Shown here: piece after piece, positions 51,623-64,000 of the stretch
How the letters are laid out: each line of letters starts with the position of its first letter
Position numbering within the stretch: the first letter of the stretch is position 1
Assembly (NCBI RefSeq): GCF_006345805.1
Contig: NC_043002.1
Coordinates: 53,072,001-53,136,000 of the forward strand
Length of the DNA stretch: 64,000 nucleotides
Direction: 5' to 3'
Source: Octopus sinensis
Lineage: Eukaryota
The notes under the pieces: model-generated
Seen by the model: the letters and a program-made list of their open reading frames with translations, nothing else
Databases searched by the model: none
Told to the model about the DNA's origin: nothing
Position numbers and translations under genes: made by a program

Positions 51623-52208
51623 AATTTATTACAGGTATCACTATAAAAAAAAAATTCAGAAACAAATATATAAATAGAATGAGTTACCAGAAGCTGTAAG
51701 TGAATTTAAGATAGGGAGGCAATCAAATTAAGAGCAGACTTGATAAAAAAACCTTTTTGATGGGGTGGAACAATAAATTCAAGATAACAAGATTTGCTTC
51801 TTGGCGAAAGAGATCATCAAATTATATTTTAATACTCCTCGTGTGGTCTCATCATCTAAAGTTGTTTTGGCAATGTGTTTTCATTAACCAGCCATTTTAA
51901 TTTATTTTGTTTAAGATTTCTAAACAACAGAGATATGAAAAGAAACACTACTGATATTTCATGATTATTTAAACTCAAAGAAACAGCTGAAGTTTTGGCA
52001 TTCATTAAATGAAATGTGATAAAATTTTATATTCAAATTCTTAAAAAATAACAAAACAGTAAAATTAGCTAAACAAACGTGCCTACATCAAAATATAGAT
52101 TAAGTCTCTTGGGGTAGATAGATGGCACCATAATAGAATATTCCTTCTTGAATAGCATTAAATATGATAATTTTTACATTCAGCAGGTATATAGAGCTTT
52201 TATGCTGC

Positions 52209-52412
52209 TTAACCCTTTCATTACCATATTCCTAATGAAATACACTGCCTTCATTTCAATTAATTTCAAAATTAGTGAAATAACTGTCATTAATCAGTTG
52301 ATGCTTGGAGTATAAATTAGCATTAAATTTTGATGAAAGGTTTTAATTTACATCATTCTAGAGTAGAAAGTTTGTGTCTAGAGCCAGAGGCTGTCTGAAG
52401 CTGAAGAGTTAA
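52209..52412. mobile_element. TTAA-type MITE
   Basis: ttaaccctttcattacc ... gaagagttaa; related to the 4494 copy in opposite orientation. Confidence 0.65.
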
Positions 52413-53479
52413 ATGGAGATAATTAAGGTAGAATTAAAAGATTCAGATTGTGAATTATCTCAAGTGTCATAAAGTTGAATTTATCAGTTAGATTTACAAC
52501 TTGAATTTCATCACCACATGTGTTCATTTACTTTACTTCATTTTTAAAACCCTCTGAAAAGCATAAATATGACTTCTTTCTGTAATCTTGAAAAATATTA
52601 AATCTTTGACTTTCTAAGAAACCAATGTTCTAAGTAACAAAATCATTGCTGTAATTATAACCATTACCAAATAAGGATTTCTTAACTTTGAGGGCTGGAA
52701 CAGAATAAAGGAAAAACGAATCCTAAGGCTGCTAATAAAACAAATAAGAGAACTTCAGAAAAAATAAAACGTTATTTTAAATTACATTTAAATTAAGTTC
52801 AACAGTTTTTTTTTTTAATACTATTGGCATTGCTTAGTGGAATGTGACACAGAATATGGTTGGAAAACAGCCAGAAATGCTTATGTGATATAGTGATATT
52901 ATCAAAATTCTAGTGAAGGATCATGAAGAGACAGAAATAATACTCCTGTAAGAGAAAATGTAAGTGAAACCAAAACTAGCAACAAGAAGAAGAAGAAACA
53001 CGTTAAGCAGCAACAGAAAGAAACATATTTAGAAGAGAGACTCTGAGCAATGTTGCATATAGTTAATAAGGTTGTGCCAGATTATGTTTCTATTCTAAAA
53101 CTAACTTATTAAATAACTGTTTCATAGTTATCACAAGCATATCTTTTGGAAAACTTACAAGATATTTTGGCACAAGCTTATTTTGATAAGCAAGCTTCAT
53201 TGCTTTCATATAAACAAATAGTTAGAAATAAAATCTGCTAACCTCGAAAAGAAGCATTTTTGATATTTCTACTTTGCGCAGAGCCTGAAACCTTAACATA
53301 TATACTTTTTGAAGAATTTCCAATTTGAGAAATGAAAAGCAAAATCTATGTACTGCTTTATACTCAACATGAAATTTAGTAACTCAGCAAAATACAATTG
53401 AATCTCTTACTCTTATTCACATACAACTTAAAATGACCTATTTTACATCATTTTATATAGTACCAACTTTTTTACATCC

Positions 53480-54230
53480 ACTTCCCCATGCCTGTAAGGG
53501 TACAATGGGTTTTGTCAAGTGCAGTGCCACATCATTTATTGCAGTCCTTTATTGTTGACATTCAACCTCTTAAGATTGGCTTTCATTAATTCTTCCCTTG
53601 TCTTTAACACAGGTTCCTTCCATTTGGACCATTTGGCACTCCTCTGTGCAACTGTCATCTGACATATGCATCACACATCTCTACTAGTACAGTCTCTTAT
53701 ACTTGTTACCTGATTCTTCGCATACACACTCACTAGAGCACCTTTTTTGTCCATGTACCAGCTGATGATGATTGCAGCTACACAAGTGATTAAGTATGAC
53801 ACCTCCCTGTACTACCCAATTGACTATGCATGCGACTAGTAGCAGTATTCTACTTCAGTGCATATTTTCAGCATCACACCAACTATCTCTGAAATTTCAG
53901 CTGCTTTCCCTGACTTCATATCTTTAATTAGGCTTTCAACTTTGAAACCATTAACTTCAATAGCTGATTTTTTTTTTCTTGGGTCTACTTCAAGAGAAAA
54001 ACTCATTACCCTCTGCATTCTCCTCATTCAGCAGCTTCTCATAATGGTATTTCAATGCCTCTTTCTTCTCATTATCAGTGAGAGTCAGTGCATTGCTATC
54101 GTTACGTACACACTTCTTGCCAATGGTGTTTTGATTCAGATTGACACTGCATTGCAATCCAGATCACCTCATGCCTCTAACTGTCTCATTGTCTAGAATT
54201 TCTTACTTTCAGTTTCTATCCTTTCTGTGT
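53480..54230 (-). mobile_element. Internally deleted RTE LINE
   Basis: LIKDMKSGKAAEISEIVGVMLK and IIISWYMDKKGAL, then a direct jump near 53730 to the C-terminal MHMSDDSCTEECQMVQMEGTC region. Confidence 0.75.
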
Positions 54231-54884
54231 CTGATGTTTTTTCTTGTACTGTGAATGCAAGATAACATAGACTATATAAACCAATCCAACCCATGTCAGT
54301 ATGGATAAATAAATATTAAATGATGATGATAAACTTGAATAACTTCTAAAGTGTTTCCAGCTGCAAAAAAAATAACATTAATTCATATTTACTCAAATAA
54401 GTTGAATTCTCTTTCTCCCATTTACAAACCTAAATGTGTGTGTGTGTGTGTGTGTGTGTGTTGTACACACACATGAAACTGTAGCTATAATATACTTCAA
54501 GACTACCAAGGAAAACTTATTGGGAATCGTACAACTTTATATATTCAGTTGTTATCTACATCCTGTGATAAGCTACATCTACATGAGTGTGTCGAATGTG
54601 TTAGATACGATAACTATACTGCCAACAGAAATTTCATTTGCATATTGGTAATTGGTAGGAAGAAAAGAACTTAACATATAAAAATGTACTTTTGAACTTA
54701 AAACCTAATTGAATTAGAAGTTTTATATCTAGTAAATATGTCTTTGATTTTACATTTCAATTGACAAGAAAATCAAACACAAAATGATAACAATACAATG
54801 GCAATTTAACTAAGAAATATATTTTATGTAAAATATTGTTTTATGATTTCAAATAAATAAGAATCTAGCTATTTTACATATATG

Positions 54885-54892
54885 TTTTTACA

Positions 54893-54941
<49 letters not shown>

Positions 54942-54965
54942 TATATATAAATATATTGTGTATGC
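54885..54965. repeat. (TA)n microsatellite
   Basis: Direct reading. Confidence 0.95.
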
Positions 54966-55059
54966 ATATAATAATTTCTGTCGGTATGAGAAGGAAATAA
55001 TAATTTAAAATTAAAGAAAGTATTTCTCATTCAATGGAATAAAGGAAACTATATTGGAA

Positions 55060-55400
55060 ACAATAAGAAAAGAAAAGAGAAGGTGCTTCATAAGATGCAC
55101 GCAAAGTACATTATTGATTTAAAACTGCTTTATGGTTCTGAGATGAAACATTAACAAACGAAACTCAAGAACTCCGAAAACCTTGCAGATGATTATTTGT
55201 AAATGTAAAACAGGAAACATCTGTCCTAGGATGTTAATGAAAATGTGTCTTTTGCAGCAGCAGCAAAAAAATAATGCAAATCAAGCAACGATGAAATATT
55301 GAAGATAAACAGATGGACAAAAGTAATAACTCAATCAAATTTTATAACAAAGAATTAATACATGCTAAATGCATAGAAGAGAGAAAAACAAAATGACATG
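55060..55400 (+). pseudogene. Decayed RTE-type LINE C-terminal fragment
   Basis: KLLYGSE at ~55122-55142 resembles LLYGSETW; downstream frameshifted. Confidence 0.45.
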
Positions 55401-56454
55401 ATTAGTTCTAGCATAATATTTCTTTCTACACAATTTTAGACAAGAGAAAAAGTTTTGCCCACTTGAAGATATGAATTTAGTTATAATTATTTATTTATTG
55501 AAAAAAAAAACAGAAAGCAAGAAATAAACATGTACAATAGATGCAAAGAACCATTTAATGACTAGCTGCAGCTTACAATTGACTTTTAGACAATAGTCCC
55601 TTCAGAAGGAATTGTACAAAATAAAATAACAACATGAAATTAAACTTCCCTGTCAGCTGCTGCAATTATTTTAAACTTCATATTATTTTGTAAAATTGTG
55701 TGAAATTTCATAAACGACATTATTAACTTGAATTTTGCCAGGAAATTTAAACACTAAAATATTACTTTCAATAATCTAATAACAGGTTCTCATCAATTCA
55801 GAAAGACCAATTTTCATTTTTGTCATATTAAAATACATACTTTGTGAACAACTAGAGAAACAGAAAGCAAAAATAAATCATATTTCTATATATTTCATAG
55901 ATTATTTTATTTTATTTTCACTCTGTACTGTACAGCTTTTACATTGGTTCACTTCTGAACAATTCTAGAAGCAAATAAGTTTTTCCAAGAGAAAAGCTCT
56001 CTAGCTTCTTGCTCATCTCTCCATAAACGAATTGCGGGAGAGGTGCTGGGAGGTGTGGTGGGATCAATTCCCAGTATTTTACTGGTAATTCATTTATTGA
56101 CTGGTACTTATTTTATCAACCTGGATAGGTTTAATTTATCTTTCATAGTGGACACAATCCGGTCTACTTGTGAAGGCAATTAGACTTGAGGGATTTGAAC
56201 TCAGAAAGTAAAGAAAAATGAGTGTGAGTAAATACTTCAGAGTGTTGTATTCGGTGTTCTTGTGATTCAGCCATACACCTGCCATAAACTCAACTTTAGG
56301 ATTGAATCAAAAACTCTTGGTTGCCAAAACATTCCCAACTTTCTGAGATCAAAACATGACGTAATAGTAGTAGTAGCAGCAGCAGTGATAGAGGGTTGTG
56401 GTGGTGTGCTATGTTAATTATGATTATGTTCTAAGTAGTAAGAAACAAGAAAAT

Positions 56455-56845
56455 GAGAGAGAGAGAGTGATAGGTGAAAAGATCTGGATGAGTGAGAGAC
56501 TAGATAGATGGATAGATAGACAGAGAGACAGACAGAGATAGGGATGAAAGAAAAGGAGAGAGAGATGAAAGGAAAGATTTAACGAAAAGAGAGAACTGAA
56601 AGGAGATGTTAAGACAGAGAGACAGAGTAAGAGAGAAAGCGAGAGAGGGGGAGGGGATTAAAATGAAAATGTGAGACAAAGGGAAAGGTAACAGAAAAAT
56701 ATTGTGAGAGAGAAAAGCATGAAAAAAAAGACAAAAGAGAAAGAAAGAGGAGAAAAGGAATGTCAAATGAGAGAGGAAGAGAGAGAGGGAAAGGAAGAAT
56801 GAAAGATAAAAGAGAAAGAAAAGAGAGAGTGAGAGAGGAAGCAAA
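56455..56845. repeat. GA-rich low-complexity tract
   Basis: Direct reading. Confidence 0.85.
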
Positions 56846-57011
56846 AAACAGAGCAAAGCTTCTAAATTATATGCAGGTAGTGCAATATACATCAAAGGAG
56901 GATTTGAATTTATAAAACTTAGCAAGACTGTAACAAATCTGTATAAACTAGTAAACAGGCTGAGGACTCAACAATCTCTCTCTCAAAAGAAAAAAAAAAA
57001 CTACATCTGCA

Positions 57012-57397
57012 TAGCGCAGGAGTGGCTGTGTGGTAAGTAGCTTGCTTATCAACCACATGGTTCCGGGTTCAGTTCCACTGTGTGGCATCTTGGACAAGTG
57101 TCTTCTGCTATAGCCTTGGGCCGACCAATGCCTAGTGAGTGGATTTGGTAGACGGAAACTGAAAGAAGCCTGTCGTATATATGTATATATATATATGTAT
57201 GTGTTTGTCCGCCTAGCATTGCTTGACAACCGATGCTGGTGTGTTTACGTCCCCGTCACATAGCGGTTCGGCAAAAGAGACCGATAGAATAAGTACTGGG
57301 CTTACAAAGAATGAGTCCCGGGGTCGATTTGCTCGAGTAAAGGCAGTGCTCCAGCATGGCCGCAGTCAAATGACTGAAACAAGTAAAAAAAAAAAAA
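57012..57397 (+). mobile_element. SINE family A, full length, young
   Basis: Complete, with poly(A) end and most CpGs retained. Confidence 0.92.
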
Positions 57398-57401
57398 TAC
57401 C

Positions 57402-57574
57402 TTAACACTTTAGCATTTAAACTGCCTCTTACACTGACCCTAAAATGTCATTCTCAAAAATGAATAATCACATTACTGATATTTTAAAGCTATGAGATAA
57501 TGCATGATTAATTCAAAACAATGTGAATAAATAAGCATTACGCTGACAGAGCAATCTGAATGCTAAAGGGTTAA
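57402..57574. mobile_element. Complete TTAA-flanked MITE, opposite orientation to 18776
   Basis: ttaacactttagcatt ... aatgctaaagggttaa. Confidence 0.88.
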
Positions 57575-57884
57575 GCTGACTACAAGTTCACATTGTTAGT
57601 TCAATGTCCTTCCTGAATGCGTCCCTTCAGCATTCGACACGATGTCAACTTGAAGCATATGGTTCTAGCACATTTAATCATAGGAGAGATTTATTGAAAG
57701 ATTTGGTTGCTGAGTTACAAGTGCATTACAAATTACATATTTAACAGAAATGACAAAAAAAAAAAAAAAAAAAAAAGGATTGTTAAGATTTTTCTTTAGA
57801 TAATTTCGTTGATTCATTTAGCCAACACAGAAAAAAAAACCAACATACTGGAATACCAAAGAAAAGAAATGAGAAAAAAACAGT

Positions 57885-58095
57885 ATCTTCTTGTACTTGT
57901 TTCAGTCACTGGACTGCAATCATGTTGGGGCACTGGCCTGAAGGGCTTAGTCAGATAGACTGACCACTGTGCTTTTTTTTTTTTTTTCCAACTTTAGTAC
58001 TTATACTATTGGTTTCTTTTGCTGAACTGCTAAGCTATGGGGATGTAAACAAATCAACACCTATTGTCAAGCAGTGGTGGGAGACACACAAATGA
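57885..58095 (-). mobile_element. SINE family A, 3' half
   Basis: tacttgtttcagtcactggactgc...ggggatgtaaac. Confidence 0.75.
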
Positions 58096-58514
58096 ATATA
58101 TATATATCGAATTATTCCTTTTTGGTTTCATATTGTGTATAGCCACTTTCATAATTAAATATATATATATATATATATATACATATATTTAAAACTTAAT
58201 TAAAGGTTAAAATAGCCTCATTAAGGAATAGAAATATCCAATGAACTACTGGTTCATTGTGTAGTATTTTTTATGAATAGTGATATTCATAAAATAATAG
58301 GTCTAAATATATATCTTGGTTTAATAAATATTCCAAAACAACACCTAATAAGCTAACAGTATATCTTTTTTGCCCCTCTGATGAGATTTTGCCTAATACA
58401 AAGATTTACTTATTGTAATTTAATCTTTAAACAAAATTGAAACAGCTGTAAGAGAATATGTTGGAGTTTTGCAGTTAATAAATTATATTAATGCTACATC
58501 TCCATTTTCTGAAT

Positions 58515-58645
58515 TTTTGAAAAGCATTGGCCAACTTAAGGCAACAGCAGAAGACACTTGCCCAAGGCGCTGTGCTGTAGGACTGAACCTGAAACCATGT
58601 GTTTTCAAAGCGAGCTTCCTAAACACACAACCATGCCTGTGCCTA
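58515..58645 (-). mobile_element. SINE family A, 5' half
   Basis: gaagacacttgcccaagg...gactgaacctgaaaccatg. Confidence 0.75.
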
Positions 58646-60109
58646 TTGTTCAATATTGCCAAATTATTTGTTTTGCTGACAGAAATGGTTTTGCATGCAT
58701 ATTCTTCATACGACACATATTTACTCATAACGCTACCTGCTTATTCATACAACAGTCTCAACACAAAAACTAACAAAAATCAATAAATAAATATATCCTT
58801 GAAGCAATAAAACAGAAGCTAATGACACTGCTCATGCGACTGCAACCCCCAATTGCATAGCAAGATTGCAAACTTAATCAGTATGCAACAATTTAAGACA
58901 TTTGTTTTAACAACAACAACAACAAAAATGATATCTAATTTGAAAAATAATGATATAATTATTTCTATTTCTAATTAATAACCATTCTTATTTATTTATA
59001 TATTCATTTATTTATCTTTGTTTAATATGAAGCATTTCTTGAAAGATTCCCTGGCAGCAGTTAATTCATATGTTGTTTACTCCCTTCAAGATTTAGTGAA
59101 TAATTTTATCAGCAAAATAATCTATATAAATTTCACAAGTTGATACTTCTCCCCACATCACCACTATGTAATATTTAACTGAAGACAGCCATCTTCCAGA
59201 TTACATTGTTATTCACAATCTCTACTTAAAAGCTATTACAAAACAACCATCCAACCACTGCCATCATATAGAGACAAGACAAGAACAGAATTATATAAAA
59301 TTTATATAATGGTGTTTATATAATGGAGAACAGTGGTTCCCAAACAGAATTTGAACTTAAAACAAAGAGCTAGAAGAAACGCCACAAAGAATTTTGTCCA
59401 ACATGCTAACATTTCTACCAGTTCACTGCTCCCCAACAACCTAATAATAGTAAGTGGATAAACAATAAATAAACCATACTCTTGTGTGTTGTAAGAGGGC
59501 ACTAAGAGGTTTAGCAACAGGAAAGGCACCCAACTGCAAAACACAGTCTTAGAAAACTCATCCAACTCATGGTGAATGTATACTGATGATGATGATGACA
59601 ATGACAAAAAATATATAAATATATACATAACTCAATAAAAAAATTTAGCCTTGGTATAAGTGTTTTAAAAAGACCTACTTCAAACTTTATTCTTAAAGAT
59701 TTCTTGTGAAGAATGTAAAGACAAAGCTGATTGCTCACTAAAAATGGATAATTGAAAAGTGGAATAGAGATTCATAGAAAAGCAAGGCAAAAGGAAAATT
59801 ATGGTTAGCTTCCCTAAAGGAAAATAAGAATAGGAAAAGTAGTTTCATAGTTATTTTGAAGTTTTCTTTTCTTTTCTTACTTAACACGAAAAGACATAAG
59901 TGGTAAAATTAATATTCTATTTATGGTCTAAAATAACATATATTTCAGAATTACTTTAAATCTCCAGTTTTCAACTTAAGACAAAAGAAAAGAATGAAAC
60001 AGTTATCATTTGTACGTTCTTATGATAGAAACAATACGAACATAATAGCTTTTAAATTCCTTCAAAGCATCTTCCTTAAACACTATGTTGACACGTGTGT
60101 GTGTGTGTG

Positions 60110-60143
<34 letters not shown>

Positions 60144-60801
60144 TACATGCATGCCTGTATGGCTTTTGCAGTTTCACAAAGCAAAAATACATCAAAGACC
60201 TTCATGCAAAACGTTTTCCATTTTGCAGATTTCTTTAACTGGATTCTAAGTTTTAAATTTATTCATCAATATAAACAAATGAATAAATTTTCAAAGAAAT
60301 TAAAATGGATTTTCTGTCTTGCTAATTCTTACTAATGGCTAAATAGACAAGAAATGATTCTACACTTAAATATAAAACATACTGACCACTTAAGGTGGTG
60401 AAATGTTGCATCCATTCTTATGCATTTAGCATAGTCTTTTCATGTCTAGTGAACCCTTCTATGAAATTAAATAGCAAGAGATACTCTACACAATCATTTG
60501 GTCTGCAAGAAAAAGCAACCAAATCTCCCTCAAATTACATGTGATCTTTAAAAAGTGGATGGACGCATTAGTTGATGTAATGCTAGATGCTCCTACAAAA
60601 ATGGAATGGTGACAGCGTTTGATTGTAGGACACAGTACCAGTTAACTACTGGGGTCAATTTTATGAACCAAACTGATGTCTCCTAAGCTTTAAACAAATT
60701 TTCACTGTGCTGTGCTTAAAAGGCAGTAAATAAGAACGTAAATCCTAATGCCTACATTGTTCCAGTGAAAAGCAGCAACTCTGGGTATTATTAGCCTTGA
60801 A

Positions 60802-61000
60802 AAGGCAGTGAGCTGGCAGAATCATTAGCACGCTGGATAAAATGCTTAGCGGTATTTTGACCATTGCTATGTCCTGAGTTTTCAATTCTGCCAACATCCA
60901 CTTTGCCTTTCATCCTTTTGAGGTCGCTGGGGCCGATAAAATTAACTAGTCTCCACCCCACAAATTTCAAGCCTTGTGCCTATAATAGAAAAGATTATTA
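60802..61000 (+). mobile_element. SINE family C
   Basis: aaggcagtgagctggcagaatc...tttgcctttcatcc. Confidence 0.8.
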
Positions 61001-61060
61001 TCTTTGAAAGACATGGCAATCAAATAATCCTTTCTACTGTAGGCATACGGCCTGAAATTT

Positions 61061-61240
61061 AGGAGGTGGGGATAGTCGATTACATCGACCCCAGTGTTTC
61101 ACTGGTACTTAATTTATTGACTCCAAAAGGATGAAAGGCAATGCCAACCTTGGTGGAATTTGAACTCAAAACATAGCAATAGGTGAAATACCACAAAGCA
61201 TTTTGTTCAGTGTGCTAATGATTCAGCCAGATTGCCACCT
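61061..61240 (-). mobile_element. SINE family C, inverted relative to the 60802 copy
   Basis: ggatgaaaggcaa...gccagattgccacctt. Confidence 0.8.
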
Positions 61241-61570
61241 TATGGCAATCAAATAATGCCATGCAAATTCTATAACTAATGGAATATGTATCACATCCAA
61301 ACATGGTAGCCAACCTCATAATCCTTACCCTCATAATTTAAAGACCACTTTCCCATGCTTGCATGAATTAGACAAGGCAGTCCTTCTGGTCACCAATCCT
61401 CACCTGTTTCCAAGTAAGGTAATATTTCCCTATGGCCAGACATGTTTTTCATGGAAGACTGGAAATGAATGACATTGCTTGTATGATGGTGGTTCTTGAT
61501 TACAATCATCATGTGATGTCAAGACAAGGGTAAAAACACACATAAACACACAGACACACACACACACAAT

Positions 61571-61720
61571 ACGGGCTTCTTTCAGTTTCCATCTACCAAA
61601 TCCACTCACAAGGATTGGGGTCAGCCTAAGGCCACAAAAGAAGACACTTACCCAAAATGCTGTGCAGTGGGACCAAACCTAAGACCACATGGTTGGGAAG
61701 CAAGCTTCTGAACCACACAG
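61571..61720 (-). mobile_element. SINE family A, 5' half
   Basis: gggcttctttcagtttccatctaccaaatccactc. Confidence 0.8.
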
Positions 61721-62309
61721 AAAGAAAAGATAGGCTTAATTGCAATTAACTTGGAGCTAAACAACTGATGGCAGTGTGTAAACATTTACTCTTGTGCATT
61801 TAAGACAAAAGATCTTAACCAAAGTGGTAGTACCAACTTGGAGGTATTTGTGAGCTCATCAGGAGATGACTCAAAGAAGTTCTATAAAGATACAAAACAA
61901 CAACAACCCCCCCCCCCAAAAAAAAACCCCATTCAATCCACAGTACAATCACCAGACTTTATTCCTAATAAGATATTGAAAATAATGATTTACACTTGAA
62001 AGAATTATACACAAAGATCTTTAAAAATGCATTCTAGAACTGTGAATTCTTAACAAAATTATAGACAGCAAAGTTTGTTATAAATGCCATGAAGTGAGTT
62101 TTTGAAAACTTGTTAATTAATTCAACAAGATTTTTAACATTTGCATCTGACAGGTCTGAATCAATGCCACCAGCTGGCATAAACTTGAAAGAGTTAAACG
62201 ATCTAATAATCTTCTACTTTGTGGTTAGAGTAATTTGTTTTCTGTTTACCAATTGCTAATCAATTTATAACAAACACTGTATTTTTCTTTTATCTATTTG
62301 TACTTACAG

Positions 62310-62430
62310 TAAATTTTTAGACCATTAGTATCAGACTTTAAGCACAGAAACCATCAAGAGTCTTAAAAATGTTGTACATTGATGATCTGGTCATTTATGC
62401 AGTTTCGCTGTCAAGTCACCTGTCACCTAG
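62310..62430 (+). pseudogene. Short non-LTR RT catalytic-motif remnant
   Basis: MLYIDDLVIY at 62369-62398 resembles LYADDLVL. Confidence 0.4.
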
Positions 62431-62499
62431 TTTATATAGGAATTGTTAGGGTGAAACATTTGCTTTAAGCAAAAATGAGGTTTAAACATGAAACCAAAT

Positions 62500-62800
62500 G
62501 ATAAAATCAGCTGTCACATACAAGCTGTTACATACTTTTCTAAACCGATCAACACATGTTTGACCCACGGCAGTTTTGAAGGTCTTGTTCATATATTTCA
62601 AAACTACCACCCAGATTTGTACCTGTGTTTTACTTTACCAGGGCCTGCACCTTCATACAGCTTCCATTACAGTACTTGCAAAGGCTTTGAATCATGTACA
62701 AAGCTCACAAAACAACAGCTTGCATCTCCTGATAAGCTTTTAACAATTCAATCTATCTTTTGACCTAAGCTATTCAGTTCTTGCTTTTGTACTCAGCTTA
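62500..62800 (-). pseudogene. Decayed CR1-like RT fragment
   Basis: FKAF at 62680-62691 followed by KYMNKTFKTAVGQT, weakly resembling DFSKAFD and the FLxxRxQRVxVNG region; frameshifted. Confidence 0.35.
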
Positions 62801-63559
62801 TTATAAAAGCCAAAAGAACTCAGTTTCTTATGCAAAGAACAGCACAGATGTATCTCCTTTCAATATTTAGATCAACATAGACAAAATATTCAGTATTCAG
62901 AGATGCGCACACATGCACACACACACACCATCATCGTTATTCATAAAAATTTCCTAATGAAGTAAAATGAAGAAAAAAACTTCAACATTAATCAGATGAC
63001 TAATTCTGAAAGCAGGCAACTTAGATAAGGAAAACAATTCCAATTTACAACTTTTAAATAGTTCTTATCTTCACACACACAATTAAGGAATACAAAAAAT
63101 ACAAAAACTTTTAAAAGTAAATTCAGCAATACAAAATCATTACTTTGTCAATATTAACCAAATCCAAACAAAACAAATTTAATTCAATAGAAATGGCTCA
63201 AGTTTCTTTTGTTTAAGTTCAAAATTTGTGAATGCAATTTAGTCAAAACATTACCAAAATTAATGCAAAATAATGTCTCTAATCTAAACACAAGGACAGA
63301 GCTAAAAGGAGGGATAGTCAATTAGAATGATTCCACTACCTCCAGTATTTTACTGAGCTTAAAAGATTGAAAAGCAAAGTAGCTAGGTGTAATTTGAACT
63401 CAGGATGTAAAGGACCACAACTAAATACCAGAATACATTTGTTCAATGTTCTAATAATTCTGCCAATCCTTGCAGCGTTTAAAGGAATTCAATGTTATAA
63501 CCATAGAATTTAGAAGACTACAAGATTCTTTGAAGTTTATAAAAATAAAATCATCATCA

Positions 63560-63800
63560 TCATTTAAACATCCTCTTTTCCATGTTTACACAGTCAGATG
63601 GAATTTGTTGAAGCAGGTTTTACTGCAGCCAGATGCCCTTCCTGTCAACAAACCTCACCTGTTTTGAATAAAAATAACATTTTTCCATGACCAGACATTT
63701 TCATATAAGATTGCAAATTAAGTACACTCGTATGAAGAAGACATTCATTTACAACTATTATGCGATGTCAAGGTAAGGAAACAGCACCACATATATATAT
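63560..63800 (-). mobile_element. RTE-tail-type SINE variant
   Basis: atcatcatcatttaaacatcc...gatgcccttcctgtcaacaaacctcacctg; related copies at ~38040, ~49200, ~61345. Confidence 0.7.
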
Positions 63801-63810
63801 ACGCACACAC

Positions 63811-63972
63811 AATGGGCTTCTTTCAGTTTCCATCAATCAAATCCACTCTGAAGGCTTTGGCTAGCATGGAGTTATAGCAGAAGACACTTAACCAATGAGC
63901 TACACAGTGGGCTTGAACCCAGAACCATGTGGTGAGGAAGCAAGCTTCTTACTACACAGCCACACCTGAGCG
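63811..63972 (-). mobile_element. SINE family A, 5' half
   Basis: gggcttctttcagtttcc...gaacccagaaccatgtgg...cacagccacacctg. Confidence 0.8.
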
Positions 63973-64000
63973 ACACAATGTCTTTGAAAATTGTATTGTT

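Noticed and set aside
53242-53283. 42-nt minus-strand exon-like segment (ALRKVEISKMLLFE)
   Set aside because: Weak acceptor tract, modest donor, isolated

Overview
AT-rich, repeat-dense eukaryotic DNA, either intergenic or inside a very large intron. The SINE, RTE-LINE and MITE families resemble those I recall from Octopus genomes, so a coleoid cephalopod source is an inference, not proven. I found no host protein-coding exon I can support. The listed ORFs are microsatellite or SINE read-throughs, or decayed retrotransposon ORFs. The window holds dozens of tRNA-derived SINEs (families A, C, D, E), RTE-tail non-autonomous elements (family B), several decayed RTE and CR1-like LINE fragments, TTAA-flanked MITEs, a mariner MITE, Helentron-like elements, Penelope-like inverted termini and many microsatellites. 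The strongest signals are structural: (1) a ~140-bp non-repeat-looking segment present twice in inverted orientation 11 kb apart, with a 35-nt exact core that resembles a splice acceptor plus a short stop-containing exon; (2) a 91-nt pre-miRNA-like hairpin at 1252-1342; (3) five consecutive foldbacks at 16.76-18.35 kb, with a minimal Penelope-type hammerhead-ribozyme-like motif among them. I see no evidence for a novel protein-based system. All RNA-function interpretations are hypotheses.
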